Source of the DNA: Octopus sinensis
Taxonomy: Eukaryota
Length of the DNA: 64,000 nt
Assembly (NCBI RefSeq): GCF_006345805.1
Contig: NC_043002.1
Coordinates: 22,692,001 to 22,756,000 of the forward strand
Direction of reading: 5' to 3'
Of this stretch, positions 1 through 12,116 are shown one piece after another; position 1 is the first letter of the stretch, and each line of letters begins with the position of its first letter. The notes beneath the pieces were generated by a model, which was not told the origin of the DNA, ran no database searches, and saw nothing but the letters and a program-made list of their open reading frames with translations. Both the position numbers and the translations under genes were made by a program.

Positions 1-211
1 TAGAAAATAATAAAAAGGAATTTTGTTAAATCTTCGATCAGCTCCATTTCTTCCTACACTAAATATATAAACTTCAAATTTCCGCACAAAGGCACGGGTT
101 TGAGACCCCATGGTCGTAACCTCAACCGTGATTTTTCTGTTGTGATTTTTGCTACCCAGGTATCGGTTATCTTTTGAATAATCCGTAACAAGATAATTCA
201 TTTATCCATTT

Positions 212-244
<33 letters not shown>

Positions 245-250
<6 letters not shown>

Positions 251-415
251 GAGCAAAACGCACTCCTCGTTCAATGGACGGTGCTGAGTTGTCAAACATT
301 TAAGCCAAATTTTCTCAAAACAACTTGTCCGAGCATCCCATAGGCCTCCTCTTTGAGAAACACTGATTTAACCTAAATTTGAGATTACCAGCAAAAGAAG
401 AAATAAAGACAGGCT
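245..415. repeat. Dispersed repeat; reverse-complement copy at ~21730-21900
   Basis: acgagcaaaacgc...aagaaataaagac matches the reverse complement of 21728-21900 and abuts (TA)n in both places. Confidence 0.8.
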
Positions 416-585
416 TTTTTTCTATTCCAAAGAAACCAAATAGTCTTTCCTTCCTTCATGCCAAGTTTGAAGAAAATATCTCTTTTGTATCCTTTTTGGT
501 CTCTTAAATATACTGCATTTTGTGGCATTATTTCAAGCCAGTCGGCTTTTTTTGCGCACACACACAGACAGAATGGATTTTATAT

Positions 586-603
586 ATGTATATATATGTA
601 TGT

Positions 604-677
<74 letters not shown>

Positions 678-700
678 GGGATAAAGAGAGCGAGAGAGAA

Positions 701-769
<69 letters not shown>
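586..769. repeat. (TA)n/(GA)n compound microsatellite
   Basis: Directly visible. It generates the spurious ORFs at 458-780. Confidence 0.95.
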
Positions 770-1360
770 TCATGATGCATCTGTGTAGTTACTGGTAGAA
801 AATTAGCGTGTGAGAACTACCACAGTATAAAAAGAAACAGAGATAAGTTGTTGAAGTTTTACCATGAAAGCGATAGACAGAAACTAACGAAAGATAGAAT
901 GATATAGTAATTGTTTCATTAGAGCGTTTGCGTACCTTTGGTGGGTTGGCAGAACTGTAAGAGCATCAGAGCGGACGCCTTGCAGTATATGTTTGCGTTC
1001 TGAGTTCAAATCCCGCTAAGGCCTATTTAGGTGGGAGGTTTAACTCATCGAGCGGCTTAACACCCCTGCTTGGTATCATGAAAGCCTTTGGAAAAGTTTA
1101 TTTTGTTGCAAGCATTTGGATCATGTTTCCGGTTTATAGAACCCTTTTTTTTCTTCTCAACCGCCAGTTTCGGAACCCTGTAAGTATCCAGGGAAACTAC
1201 TCCACCACCACTACAAAAATAACACAAATAACATAAAATTAATTACTCATATTAATTCTTGTTACTTCTGTTATTGATGATACTGAAGATGGTGGTTTTT
1301 GTTTTACTGCTTGTAAATTTATTACTAATCTAATGGATTTATTTGTCTCTTTACTTTAAG

Positions 1361-1413
1361 TGATGCTTCAGCACCCAGAATGGCTGCGCTACAGAGTTTA
1401 CTACGAAGTTAGG
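1361..1413 (+). CDS. BCR/ABR-like gene, DH-domain exon (xMLQHPEWLRYRVYYEVR)
   Basis: Polypyrimidine acceptor ttactttaag and donor agg|gtaagt. Phase 1 to 0, splices in frame to 3951. The P-x12-E spacing equals BCR [20 protein letters not shown]. Confidence 0.65.
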
Positions 1414-1779
1414 GTAAGTATTGTTATTGACATCAACCCAACCTTATCTGATAATCACATGCAGGAGACTACTGCTAGAACCGGAGATGAGAGATAAATG
1501 ACTCTCCTTCCTTCCATATCCGCATAACAAGGAAGACTCTACATTATCCAATTGACTTCCTAGACATAGCAGCCAAATTTTGCTCAAGGTACATCTCCCA
1601 CATCTTCTTCGTTGTCAGTGGCATTTCTGGTCTTTCGTTTATGACCTCTTAGATGATTATTCAGCTCCCAACCCCACCTGCAGATTTGGATCTATGTGGT
1701 TTGTAGCATAAGTGAGAGATGAAAGTTGAGACTGCCACTTGATTGATCGGGTCACTTTGTGAGACATTATTTCTGTGAA

Positions 1780-2610
1780 CCATCGTATATCTCTTCAAAC
1801 TCCAAATCGACTCGCAAGCCTTTTCACACACTTCACGTCAAATCACCCATATAGTTGATCTTTCATAGGACATCAAATGGTTGACATACCCAGCCTTAGG
1901 AAAGAGTATACGACCACACATTTCACAGCGCTTTGTGTCCTCATCGAGGTTCTAATGACAGCCCTTCTGAAGCCTTTCATGCTCAAGGCGACACCCCACA
2001 CCTCGAAAGTTTTTCAAACTTCCCTTACATGCTTCCTCCACTCAGCTTTTCCCAAAGCTAGTTCTTCCCAGTTCTTTACATAGATTTGAAGTTTCTTCGG
2101 ATTGCCGTCTATGCAGTCTTTGTACCTTTATCGTTGTTCGTGCCAAGGACGTTTTCCAGTGCACAGTTCACCGTAGAACAGATGGTTTGGAATCCTATTA
2201 TCTTCCATACGCACAGAATGACCTGTCCAACGCATTTGTGTAGACATGATGAATGACTGGATGCATGTGCAACCTGCCTTTACAAGGACTTCTGCGTCAG
2301 TTGTTTCACTTTGTCACATGACGGTGAGTGTGTCTCAAACACTTTGGATAAATGCACTGAAGCAGCTTGAGATGCTTACGGTGCACTGTCCACGTTTCAG
2401 AAGAATACAATAGAACCATTGGTACGCAAGCCTTGTAAGCGCTCACCTTGCTTTCGTTGGTGATGTTGCGATTTGCCCAGACTCTCTTTCCAAGCTTCTC
2501 AAATGCTACAGATACTTTTTGAATGCGTAGATGTATTTCTGCATGTAGGGAGCTATTTCTGGACAACATGCGGTCCAGGTGAACAAGAGGACGCCCTTAT
2601 TTATCGCAGC
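1780..2610 (-). mobile_element. RTE-clade non-LTR retrotransposon, 3' fragment (degenerate)
   Basis: Minus-strand peptide LSRNSSLHAEIHLRIQKVSVAFEKLGKRVWANRNIT..KVSAYKACV..VLLYSSETW is typical of the post-RT region of RTE/BovB elements. Stops and frameshifts are present. Confidence 0.8.
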
Positions 2611-2711
2611 TGTGGAAAGCACGTGTGAGCAAAACAGTAAAGAACCTGTATATGCATGCACACACACATATATATGTATATATATATATATAATATATAT
2701 ATATATATATA

Positions 2712-3079
2712 CTAGCAGTATCGCCCGGCGTTGCTCAGGTTTGTAAGGGAAATAACTATAAAGCATTTTTAGAGAGTTATAGCCAAAAAATAGCAAAAAA
2801 ATGGAAAAAAATGATGGTAAATTTTTTTGAGAGTTAAAAAAGGTGGAGTTGCGTCCCCTAGACGGTCTGTGGTTTGGGTTTCTGATTCTCGACCCCATGT
2901 CGAATTTATCGATTTTTTTCAGAACTGGGGGAACTTTTCAAAATTTTCCCTGCGTTAGTTTTGAATTATGACATTGGGCTATGTGTGTGTCAAGTTTCAT
3001 CAGAATCGGTTGAAAGCCGTGGTCAGAGTGAGGGTACGAGAAAACAGACACACAGAAAACGCACAGACAAACTGCCGTT

Positions 3080-3085
<6 letters not shown>
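2712..3085 (-). mobile_element. Non-autonomous Helitron-like element
   Basis: The minus strand ends ...gagcaacgccgggcgatactgCTAG-T (GC hairpin about 11 nt before CTAG). Inserted in (TA)n. The same terminus occurs at 25347. Confidence 0.65.
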
Positions 3086-3156
<71 letters not shown>

Positions 3157-3172
3157 GTATATATATGTATAT

Positions 3173-3220
<48 letters not shown>

Positions 3221-3258
3221 TATACACATATATATACTCACATTTACGTATATGTATG

Positions 3259-3297
<39 letters not shown>

Positions 3298-3345
3298 GAT
3301 AGATAGATAGATAGATAGAAGATAGATAGATAGATAGATAGATAG

Positions 3346-3393
<48 letters not shown>
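3085..3393. repeat. (TA)n + (AGAT)n microsatellite
   Basis: Directly visible. Confidence 0.95.
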
Positions 3394-3396
<3 letters not shown>

Positions 3397-3950
3397 CTTC
3401 CTTTATTGGCCACACAGGGCTGAACATAGAGGGGACAAATACAAATGTAGAGCTTTTCTTTTCGAAAATGAAAAAGAAAAAGAGGGAAAAAAGTGGAAAA
3501 AAAAGTAAAAGTCCGATCAAAAGGGGTCGAGGAAAAAAAAGACGATCAAAAGGGATCGTGTATCACAGAAGAATTTTTAAAATGTAGAAGCAAGATTATG
3601 TTTGTCCGTGGAAAGAAAAGCCTACGGAAAATACCACGGTAACCTCAGGCAGGGAAGGAATAAACACATGAGAGCACACACACATATATACAGTAGCAAC
3701 AGTAATAATCCTTGGATGAAATTGATATTTTAATGCATCGTTATGAATACACACACACACACACATATACACACGCATGCACACATTCTTACGCACACAC
3801 GTATGCTCACATAGATATCCAGAATATATAACCATTAATGATAGTCGAAGATGCATCCTTGCCTCACTTCTCGTTAGTACTCAGATGTTTACTCGCAATA
3901 CGCTGATTGACTGCATGTGATATTTTCTCCTGTTTCTTTGTCACATTCAG

Positions 3951-4055
3951 GAATTGATCAAGTATACGCCACAGCATCACGAAGATAATGCCAGTCTGAG
4001 GAAGGTTCTAGAATACCTGAAACCGACAGACAACGTGACGAGAATGCCTAATTAT
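3951..4055 (+). CDS. BCR/ABR-like gene, DH C-terminal exon (ELIKYTPQHHEDNASLRKVLEYLKPTDNVTRMPNY)
   Basis: Acceptor cacattcag|, donor |gtacgt, 105 nt, phase 0-0. Matches the DH motif ELLKHTPxxHxD..L..AL. Confidence 0.85.
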
Positions 4056-4533
4056 GTACGTAATTTTCACATCTTTCAGTAGCAATCTAAAATACGACAC
4101 GCTAGAAACAGCAGCCAATCAAAATCTTTCACAAATACAATACGATGGCTAACGAAAGGGCACTTAGAATATTGCTAACGAAGACATGTTAAGCTGAAAT
4201 TAAGATAGGCCTGTCACAGCTGCAACGCCTTTAATAATAATAGATCTGGTCTGTCGGAGCTCACCTTCGGATAAACAACAACTGCTGCATTTTAATTTTA
4301 TCCTGATATATCCAGCATAAAGTATTTTCTACTATCTTCTACAGTTCACGAATCACATCTTTTCTCTATCTCCCAAGTCCAGTTCAAACCTAGCAGAGCA
4401 TAGTGGATCTAACCAATATATCACTTCTCCTGGAAAAGACGTACATTGCCATCCTCGTGTCTAATACGATTCTCCTATATCTTTCATATTTTTAATGCTT
4501 TCGTTTCATATTCCTATTCATTACCTTCGCAAG

Positions 4534-4588
4534 GTACCGCCAGCTCAGCTATCAGAACTTTTTTTGTCAAATCAGACATTGCCATAGG
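4534..4588 (+). CDS. BCR/ABR-like gene, candidate PH beta2 exon (TASSAIRTFFVKSDIAIG)
   Basis: Acceptor ccttcgcaag|, donor gg|gtaaga. RTFFVKSDIAI aligns to BCR RHVFLFTDLLL. Its phase-2 end fits exon 6147. The upstream linking exon was not identified. Confidence 0.5.
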
Positions 4589-4884
4589 GTAAGAGTACTG
4601 CATCTTTATTGCGACATAGCGTGAGAATAGCAGTACTTTCTTCAAACTGACTTGCACCATTCAACCAATAGTACTATGCATGCAGAAGTTTGTGCATTTA
4701 CTTACGGTCTTCTATTGTTATTTCTTACTCATCTTGTATAAAATAAACCGGTACAAGTTTGTGCTGATCTTCAATGCATTAGTGTATTGTTGCATCAGAG
4801 CACCATCCAAGTCACTTAGGAGTTGGTCATACCGTTTGATACACTCTCCAACGGATGACTTACATGTTGCTAAAACAAGCCCCA

Positions 4885-5105
4885 AGAATTATTTATAATG
4901 GACGGATGTGTGTCCTCATCTTGTTTGTTGTTACCACAACATTTCGGCTGTTTTATTCTTCAGCCATCATCAGGTGTCCTGGTAGAATTTTGAACACAAC
5001 CTGGGTTCTCATTCCCAAGATATCTATTGCTGGTGTTATTATCATTATTGAACTCGGAATCTTGGGGTTAGTAGCCCGCGCTCTTAACCATTACGCCATA
5101 TGCCC
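4885..5105 (-). mobile_element. tRNA-headed SINE carrying a hammerhead-like motif
   Basis: Head GGGCATATGGCGTAATGGTTAAGAGCGCGGGCTACTAACCCCAAGATTCCGAGTTCAAT has Pol III A- and B-box-like sequences. The hammerhead-like core lies about 70 nt after the B box. Confidence 0.75.
4935..4976 (-). ncRNA. Minimal type-I hammerhead-like motif
   Basis: cac-CTGATGA-t-GGCTG-aagaataaaa-CAGCC-GAAA-TGTT-gtg: canonical core, 5-bp stem II and 3-bp stem I. Stem III is probably a CpG-decayed AACGTT palindrome. Confidence 0.65.
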
Positions 5106-5663
5106 GTGGACATACATTCATACACACACGCACAACAGATATACACACACATACACCATTCACTCTCCCTCATCGCCCCCACTTTCCCATTATGTGTTTC
5201 TCAAATGATGTGTATTATTATTTTCGATCTAGGCACTGGTCAAGTCTGGTTATGCTGTCCATCTGTTGGACCATAAAAGATACTTATGCTATCTCTTCTT
5301 ATTTCCCAATTTCCTCTTCATCACCCGACCAACCCTGGAGAAGAAGTAAGAGTTTAGGAATTTTTATCTTTTTTCAATCTAACTTCATTTTTTGCTCTCT
5401 TTTTGTTCTCATTTTATTGTTTCTTATTTCTTTACCCCAATTCTGTGGTTGAGGCGGTATGGCCGAGTGGTCCAGAAGGTAGGTTGGCTGGTTACACGTA
5501 TTGCTCGATCAATGCAGATAGAGAGATGAAGGGGTGGATAGAGAGACAAGCAGATTTGAGTGCGCGCACACACACACACACACACACATGTATATATAAT
5601 ATATGCACACACACACACATTTATACGCAGGACAAAGAAAGAAAAAGAGGAACTGGACAGACT

Positions 5664-5885
<222 letters not shown>

Positions 5886-6146
5886 CTGGTTATAGTGAGG
5901 TAGACGCATATTATGATGGTGAAGAGGACGATGCGGGTGAAGTCAACGACGGCGACGAAGACGTGGACGACGATGATGATGATTAAGTCGCCATCACGAG
6001 AGCTGTATATCTCCCCAAATATCACAACCCTCAACCCACAATAGATATAAACCCTCACCTCTTCACCCACCAATTCCCTTTCTCTTCAGTTGCATGTATT
6101 GACTCTATCTTTCTATTTCTCAGTCTTCTCTCTTCTCTTACTGCAG

Positions 6147-6214
6147 CGAGGTTCGTTATAAACCCTATTACTCAATCATGCTCGATAATGACTCCATCAA
6201 GACATATGATATGG
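6147..6214 (+). CDS. BCR/ABR-like gene, PH exon (EVRYKPYYSIMLDNDSIKTYDM)
   Basis: Strong acceptor ctcttactgcag|, donor gg|gtaagc. YKPYYSIMLDNDSI is in register with BCR YDCKWYIPLTDLSF. Phase 2 to 1 joins 8663. Confidence 0.7.
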
Positions 6215-7459
6215 GTAAGCTGTTATGGTTATTGCTGCTTTTGTTTACTCTAACTTAATCTTTAACCGACCACATCTCCAGTTGAGGTGTTATCTAACAA
6301 TAATTAAGGTAGGGTGATGGATGAAGCGGTGTGTACCTATTGAAGATAGGTACACACCATTTTTACTCGTTCTTATATGTCTGTGATTTATCTAATACTG
6401 CCCAGGAGACACTAGTGGTCTCTGGTTTGTCACTCAGTTACCTAATGTACTTCGAGAGTGCTGTGGTGTTTTCTGATGGGCGATGACGGAAATAATTGTG
6501 ATACTGAAGTAGTAGCTAACTTTTGCATAAAAGATGTCAAAGCTCTATCCATTTTATTGAAATGTCTCTGATGAAGAAAACAGAATTATGCTTATATGCT
6601 TTTTAGAGACTAAGCTATACATTTCTACAATTGTATGTCGGTTTCCTCAGTTATATCTTTGTTTCCAATATTTTAACCTTGTATCTCTTAATGACACTTG
6701 ATAGTTGTAGTCCACCATAACGTGTTTGTTGAAGATCTGGTGAAATTTATCGTTGTTCGAAAGTTTTAGCTATAGAAATTTACTAGAAATGAGAGAAATA
6801 AACCAAAATGGAGACATATGTTTGTGATTTAATTCTACTAAAAAAAAAAATATGTATTTATTATTCATTTCGATTGGTAGAAAATGAAAATTGGTAGAAA
6901 CTGAAAAGGCATCTATGAAAAAAATAGATTTTAAAACGAAGGTGCCTGAGATCCTAAAACAAAGGTGCCCCGTAAAAAACACCCAGTATACTCTGTAAAA
7001 TGGTTGGTATTAGGAAGGGCATCCAGCAGTAGAAACCAAACCAAAAGAGTATATGGAACCTGGTGTGATCCTTGGCTTAGTCAGTTCCTGTCAAGCCGTC
7101 TAACTCATGCCAACTTAGAAAACAGAGGTTAAATAAAGAAATGACTTGTAACACTGATTTTTATATCAATGCCTCTACTTCGCTTTCCGTGCCCTCTCGA
7201 GTTAAGTGGTGGCAATTTATTGTCGCAGTCGTACATGATGCACTAATCATCGTTAAAGCATTTCTACCATCTATTGTTTGTGGTCCTAAGAAACCCGATG
7301 CTTGAGAAAAGAGCCCAGATTAGGGATTCGTAATCAAGTAAACATGCACAAGATGGAATGTGACTCATCAGATTTTGACTCTTCGTAGGTTAGATGAGCT
7401 GCCAATAAATACGTTAGAATGCACCTCACATCCGTTTTTTTTTTGTGTCTGTCTGAGTT

Positions 7460-7860
7460 TCCTAACCACATGTTTCTGAGTTCAGTCCCACTGTATGACA
7501 CCTTGGGCAAGTGTCTCAGGTAGACCAAAGCCTTGTCAATGAATGGATTTGAGAGAAACTGAAAGAAGTCCGTCGTATGTGTGTTACCGCAGCCGGTGGT
7601 GTGTGTGTGTGTGTGTGTGTGTGTTTCTTTGTGTCTGTGCTTGTCCTCCACCACCGCTTGACAACCGGTGTTGGTGTGTTTACGCCCCCGTCACCCAGCA
7701 CTTGGGCAAAAGAAACCGATTGAATAAATACCAGGCTTACAGAATAGAATAAATAAAATTAAACTAAAAATATGTACTAGGGTCGATTCATTCGACTTAA
7801 AGTTCTTCAAAGCGGTGCCCCAGCATGGCAACGGTCTAATGACTGAAACAAGTAATGGGT
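7460..7860 (+). mobile_element. SINE family A (tRNA-like head, internal (TG)n)
   Basis: Shares blocks ccttgggcaagtgtct / caaagccttgt / atgactgaaacaagtaa with the copies at 8250, 17140, 18115, 26450 and 50215. Confidence 0.8.
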
Positions 7861-8249
7861 TAAAGAGAAAGGCTAAAAGGTAAATACGTGTGTGTGTGTG
7901 TGTGTGTGTGTGTGTATTCCTGTACTGTACTGTATATATATATATTTTTGTTATATTTATAATTTATATATGTTTATTTTATTATAAATGCAAGACAACA
8001 CCACGGAGGAGTCGATGCAAACTTACATGATAAACTGCGATAGGTGAACCGCGATAGGTGAACCGCGATATGGCGAGGGCTTACTGTATACCAATATATA
8101 TTCAGTTGAACTTATAAATGCGGAAACATTCTGTGAAAACCTATCTTTATACATTTAGTTTTCTTACACATAAATACATAGAATAAAATTATTCCCTCCA
8201 CCACCACCACCTATGTTAGAAATTAACAAAATAAACATGTATTTGTTAT

Positions 8250-8632
8250 CTTTTACTTGCTTCAGTCTTTTGACTACGGCCATGCTGGGGCACCACCTTG
8301 AAGGGTTTTAGTTGAACAAATTGACGCCGGGACATTTTCTTGAAGCCTAGTACTTATTCTGTCGACATCTTTTGCCGAACCGCTAGGTTGCGAGAATGTA
8401 AACACACCAACACCGGTTGCCAAGCGTTGATGGGTCACAAACATACACACACACATACATATATATATTTATATACATGTATGATGGAGTTTTTTCATTC
8501 CATCTACCAAATCCACACACCAAGTTTGGGTGGGCCCCGAGGCTACAGTAGAAGACACTTGCCCAAGGTGCCACACAATGGGACTGAAGCTGGAACCATG
8601 TGGTAGGGAAGCAATCTTCTTACCACACAGCT
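8250..8632 (-). mobile_element. SINE family A copy
   Basis: Reverse orientation of the same family (gactacggccatgctgg...cttaccacacagc). Confidence 0.8.
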
Positions 8633-8662
8633 ACGTATACTTTTACTCTTTTCTTCTTTCAG

Positions 8663-8761
8663 AATTTTTATCTGACGTTAGAACAGATGATATCAGGACA
8701 ACATTACACGAACTTCAGAAAACTCGGAAACAATACCAGATTATTTTGGATATGGCTAAAT
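8663..8761 (+). CDS. BCR/ABR-like gene, PH insert/coiled exon (EFLSDVRTDDIRTTLHELQKTRKQYQIILDMAK)
   Basis: Acceptor ttcttctttcag|, donor t|gtatgt, 99 nt, phase 1-1. Resembles BCR VPDEELDALKIKISQIKSDIQ. Confidence 0.7.
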
Positions 8762-8809
8762 GTATGTGTGTAAGTATGTACTGTTGCTTTAATATCGTTC
8801 ACTTTATAA

Positions 8810-9862
8810 GGCAGCGAGCTGACAGAAACGTTAGCACCCCGGGTTATTTCGTCTGCCGCTACGTTCTGAGTTCAAATTCCGCCGAGGTCGACTTTGCCTT
8901 TCACCCTTTCGGGGTCGATTAAATAAGTACCAGTTACGCACTGGGGTCGATATAATAGACTTAATCCGTTTGTCTGTCCTTGTTTGTCTCTTCTGTGTTT
9001 AGCCTCTTGTGGGTAGTAAAGAAATAGGTATTTCGTCTGCCGCTACGTTCTGAGTTCAAATTCTGCCGAGGTCGACTTTACCTTTCATCCTTTCGGGGTC
9101 GATTAAATAAGTACCAGTTACGCACTGGGGTCGATGTAATCAACTTAATCCGTTTGTCTGTCCTTGTTTGTCCCCTCTATGTTTAGCCCCTTGTGGGCAA
9201 TAAAGAAATAAGAAACGTTAGCACGCTGGGCGAAATGCTTAGAAGGCGGCGAGCTGGCAGAAACGTTAGCACGCCGGGCGAAATGCGTAGCCGTATTTCG
9301 TCTGCCGCTACGTTCTGAGTTCAGATTCCGCCGAGGTCGACTTTACCTTTCACCCTTTCGGGGTCGATTAAATAAGTACCAGTTACGCGCTGAGGTCGAT
9401 ATAATCGACTTAATCCGTTTGTCTGTCCTTGTTTGTCTCTTCTGTGTTTAGCCTGTTGTGGGTAGTAAAGAAATAGGTATTTCGTCTGCCGCTACGTTCT
9501 GAGTTCAAATTCCGCCGAGGTCGACTTTGCCTTTCATTCTTTCGGGGTCGATTAAATAAGTACCAGTTACGCACTGGGGTCGATGTAATTGACTTAATCC
9601 GTTTGTCTGTCCTTGTTTGTCCCTTCTGTGTGTAGCCCCTTGTGGGCATTAAAGAAATAAGAAACGTTAGCACGCTGGGCGAAATGCTTAGCGGTACTTC
9701 GTCTGTCTTTATGTTCAGAGTTCAAATTCCGCCGAGGTCGACTTTTCCTTTCATCCTTTCGGGGTCGATAAAATTAAGTACCAGTTGTGTACTGGGTTCG
9801 ATCTGATCGACTGGCTTCCACCACAAAAACCTTTCGGGCCTTGTGCCTAGAGTAGAAAAGAA
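8810..9862 (+). mobile_element. Tandem array of SINE family B units
   Basis: Five near-identical blocks of tacgttctgagttcaaattccgccgaggtcgac...aagtaccag. Block starts are near 8845, 9030, 9295, 9480 and 9695. Confidence 0.9.
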
Positions 9863-11977
9863 TATTTTTCACTTTATATCTAAACTATTGTGTCAAATAA
9901 GGAACGTCTTGCGTGAAATTATTAGTCTCGTAATTCACTTCTGGTGCCAAACCAATATAGCATGACCTACCTCATCATTTTCTGTTGTACAATTACATCC
10001 CGATTATTAATGTAATTCTACCCCATCAGCAATTATGTAGCATCCAAATACAATGATGCCTATGAAATTCACTGGGGCCCTGTTGTACATGATACGGTCA
10101 CGAAACGGAGCAAAAGTGAATACAACGGTATATGGACATTACTATGGTCTTACCACTAAGAAAGAAATGTTCTCAAGAAAATTCAACAAATGCCAGAACG
10201 TAAGCGAGCAAGACAAATGAAAAGAAACAAAATATAGATTAATCACAAACCAATTTCGTTATTGCCACTAACGTAATTGTCTGTAGCTCATCAGTACGAT
10301 CGTCTTTTCTTGAGAACATTCCTTTCTTAGTGGTAAGAGCATAGCGGATCTACTTCTAGCATAATGGATGACCACGTAGTTGTCATCCCTCTTAAAAGTA
10401 TGTAATATAATTTTTTTGAATCTTCAGATTTTAATATGTTAGACCGCTGGTTTTAAATGATATTAATCAAATTAATATTCAATTGTTCACCCTTATTATT
10501 TTAAATATATATATATATATATATACATACATACAAATGTAAATTTGTATGTTTTCGTTCCAGAAACCAGTATACAAATGGCAATTAAATTGTTGGCAGA
10601 AATCCCTGCATAGATACGTAAGTATCTTCATTCGCTTATTTTGGCGTACAAATTCTTCCAAGTATGTATCTTAATAACGGTTCCAACATTATAATCTCGA
10701 AATTCTTGAGATGTAAGTGTTTCTGTGTGTATATATGCGTGTGTCTATGTCAGTGTCTAATTTCGTAAGAAGTGCGTTCATCCTTGTTTTGTGTTTTTCT
10801 ATCAGAGTGTGTTTGCGTGCTTGTACATGGACAACGGTAAAATGCAAATAATTAAGGTGAGATGTCATAGCACACTTTATGCTGATTGCTGTTATATCGA
10901 AATAGCATCAGTGAGGAATGAACTAGTGGTAGTTTTTTAATCCCAAAACGTTCATGGTGGATTAAACCTACTAAGAAGGCCATATCACTCGTGCCCCTAC
11001 TCTCATCCTTGTTTTCAAGTAGTGACCCATGCCATCCAATGTATACTTCCTCTTCGTTTTGTTTTAATTTGATGCGATAGTGTATGAAGTAAGGGAGATT
11101 TGAATGTCATTTCTCGCAGGCTCCTTTGTTAACCTTATAAACAGTCAGAAAGGAGTTGTGGAAGCAGTAGAGCTCGCCATGAAATAGTTAGGCATGTTCT
11201 TAATGTCCGATCAACCTTGTGCTTCACTATTCTTTGATCGGTTTTACCATTAATACTATCAGCTATCGATGTTCATTTAAATCGAATGTTTGAATCGCTA
11301 GCGTAGCAACAGATGAAATGTTACATGGCATTTAGTTGTGACCCTATATCTTCTGAGTTCAATACCCCATGAGGTGAAGTTCACCTTTTATCTTTCCGGG
11401 TCAACGAAATGAAATACCAGAAACCTTATGAGGTCTTCGTAATGGCTACCCTTAATAGTCATCTTAGTGGAGTGGCAAATAAAAGAAATTGTTGCTGTTG
11501 TTGCTGTTGTTGTAGCTGGGGGTGAGATGGTGGTGGCTGTGAGATGGTGTAGGTGGTGGTGATGGTGGTTGTGTTTGTAGTGGTGGTGGTGTCAATGCTG
11601 TATATACAGACGGACTTCTTTAGTGCTACATTCCTGTGGCCTTCTCTTTCGTCGTTGTTGTCGTTCTTGTTCTTGTTAAGTAACCTTAAATGAACCTTGA
11701 TAAAGAAAAGCTCAATTGAGTATGTTGTCTGGCAGACGAACATAATCCATAAATTCACCGATTCTTATATATCATATCTCTGCATGACCGAGGACAATAA
11801 AGCACACTCAGTCACACAACGCTTTTGATTTTTTTTTAAATGTGGTGCAGTGTTTCACTCTGAACTTAAACATGGTATTTGTGAATTACAACTACATTTT
11901 ACGAATTGATTTTTCTTTCTATTTTGTTGCCAACGAGTTTATTTACATTTACTGCTAATGATATTATAATTCCACAG

Positions 11978-12116
11978 GAGTATGAATTGACTCTTCTTGT
12001 ACCCAGCTTAAGATTGATCATCCAGGAGCAAAACGGACACAAAAATATGTTCCTCTTCTCTTCCCTTGTAGAACTGCTCACCTGGAAGGATCTGATCAGC
12101 AACTCCCGCTGTGGAG
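11978..12116 (+). CDS. BCR/ABR-like gene, PH C-terminal exon (EYELTLLVPSLRLIIQEQNGHKNMFLFSSLVELLTWKDLISNSRCG)
   Basis: Acceptor ttccacag|, donor gag|gtgaga. Aligns to BCR [38 protein letters not shown], including the PH-terminal Trp. Confidence 0.85.

Noticed and set aside
458-780. ORFs rich in YI, ER, SL, HT or CV dipeptides (here and throughout the track)
   Set aside because: They are translations of (TA)n, (GA)n, (CA)n and (AGAT)n microsatellites and show no coding signal.
4345-4456. Open frame FTNHIFSLSPKSS... after a good acceptor, as the missing DH-PH linking exon
   Set aside because: No recognisable homology, and the phase-compatible donor is weak, so it was left uncalled.
6567-6620. 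CTGATGA followed by a possible stem
   Set aside because: No GAAA at the required position (GAGAC); at best a decayed motif.
10030-10127. Open frame NYVASKYNDAYEIHWGPVVHD...
   Set aside because: Phase is incompatible with exon 8663-8761, and the equivalent PH segment is already supplied by exon 6147.
11081-11088. 8-nt microexon candidate (tag|TGTATGAA|gtaagg) with the phase needed to join 8761 to 11978
   Set aside because: Splice signals are good but it is too short to assess by homology; needs RNA-seq.
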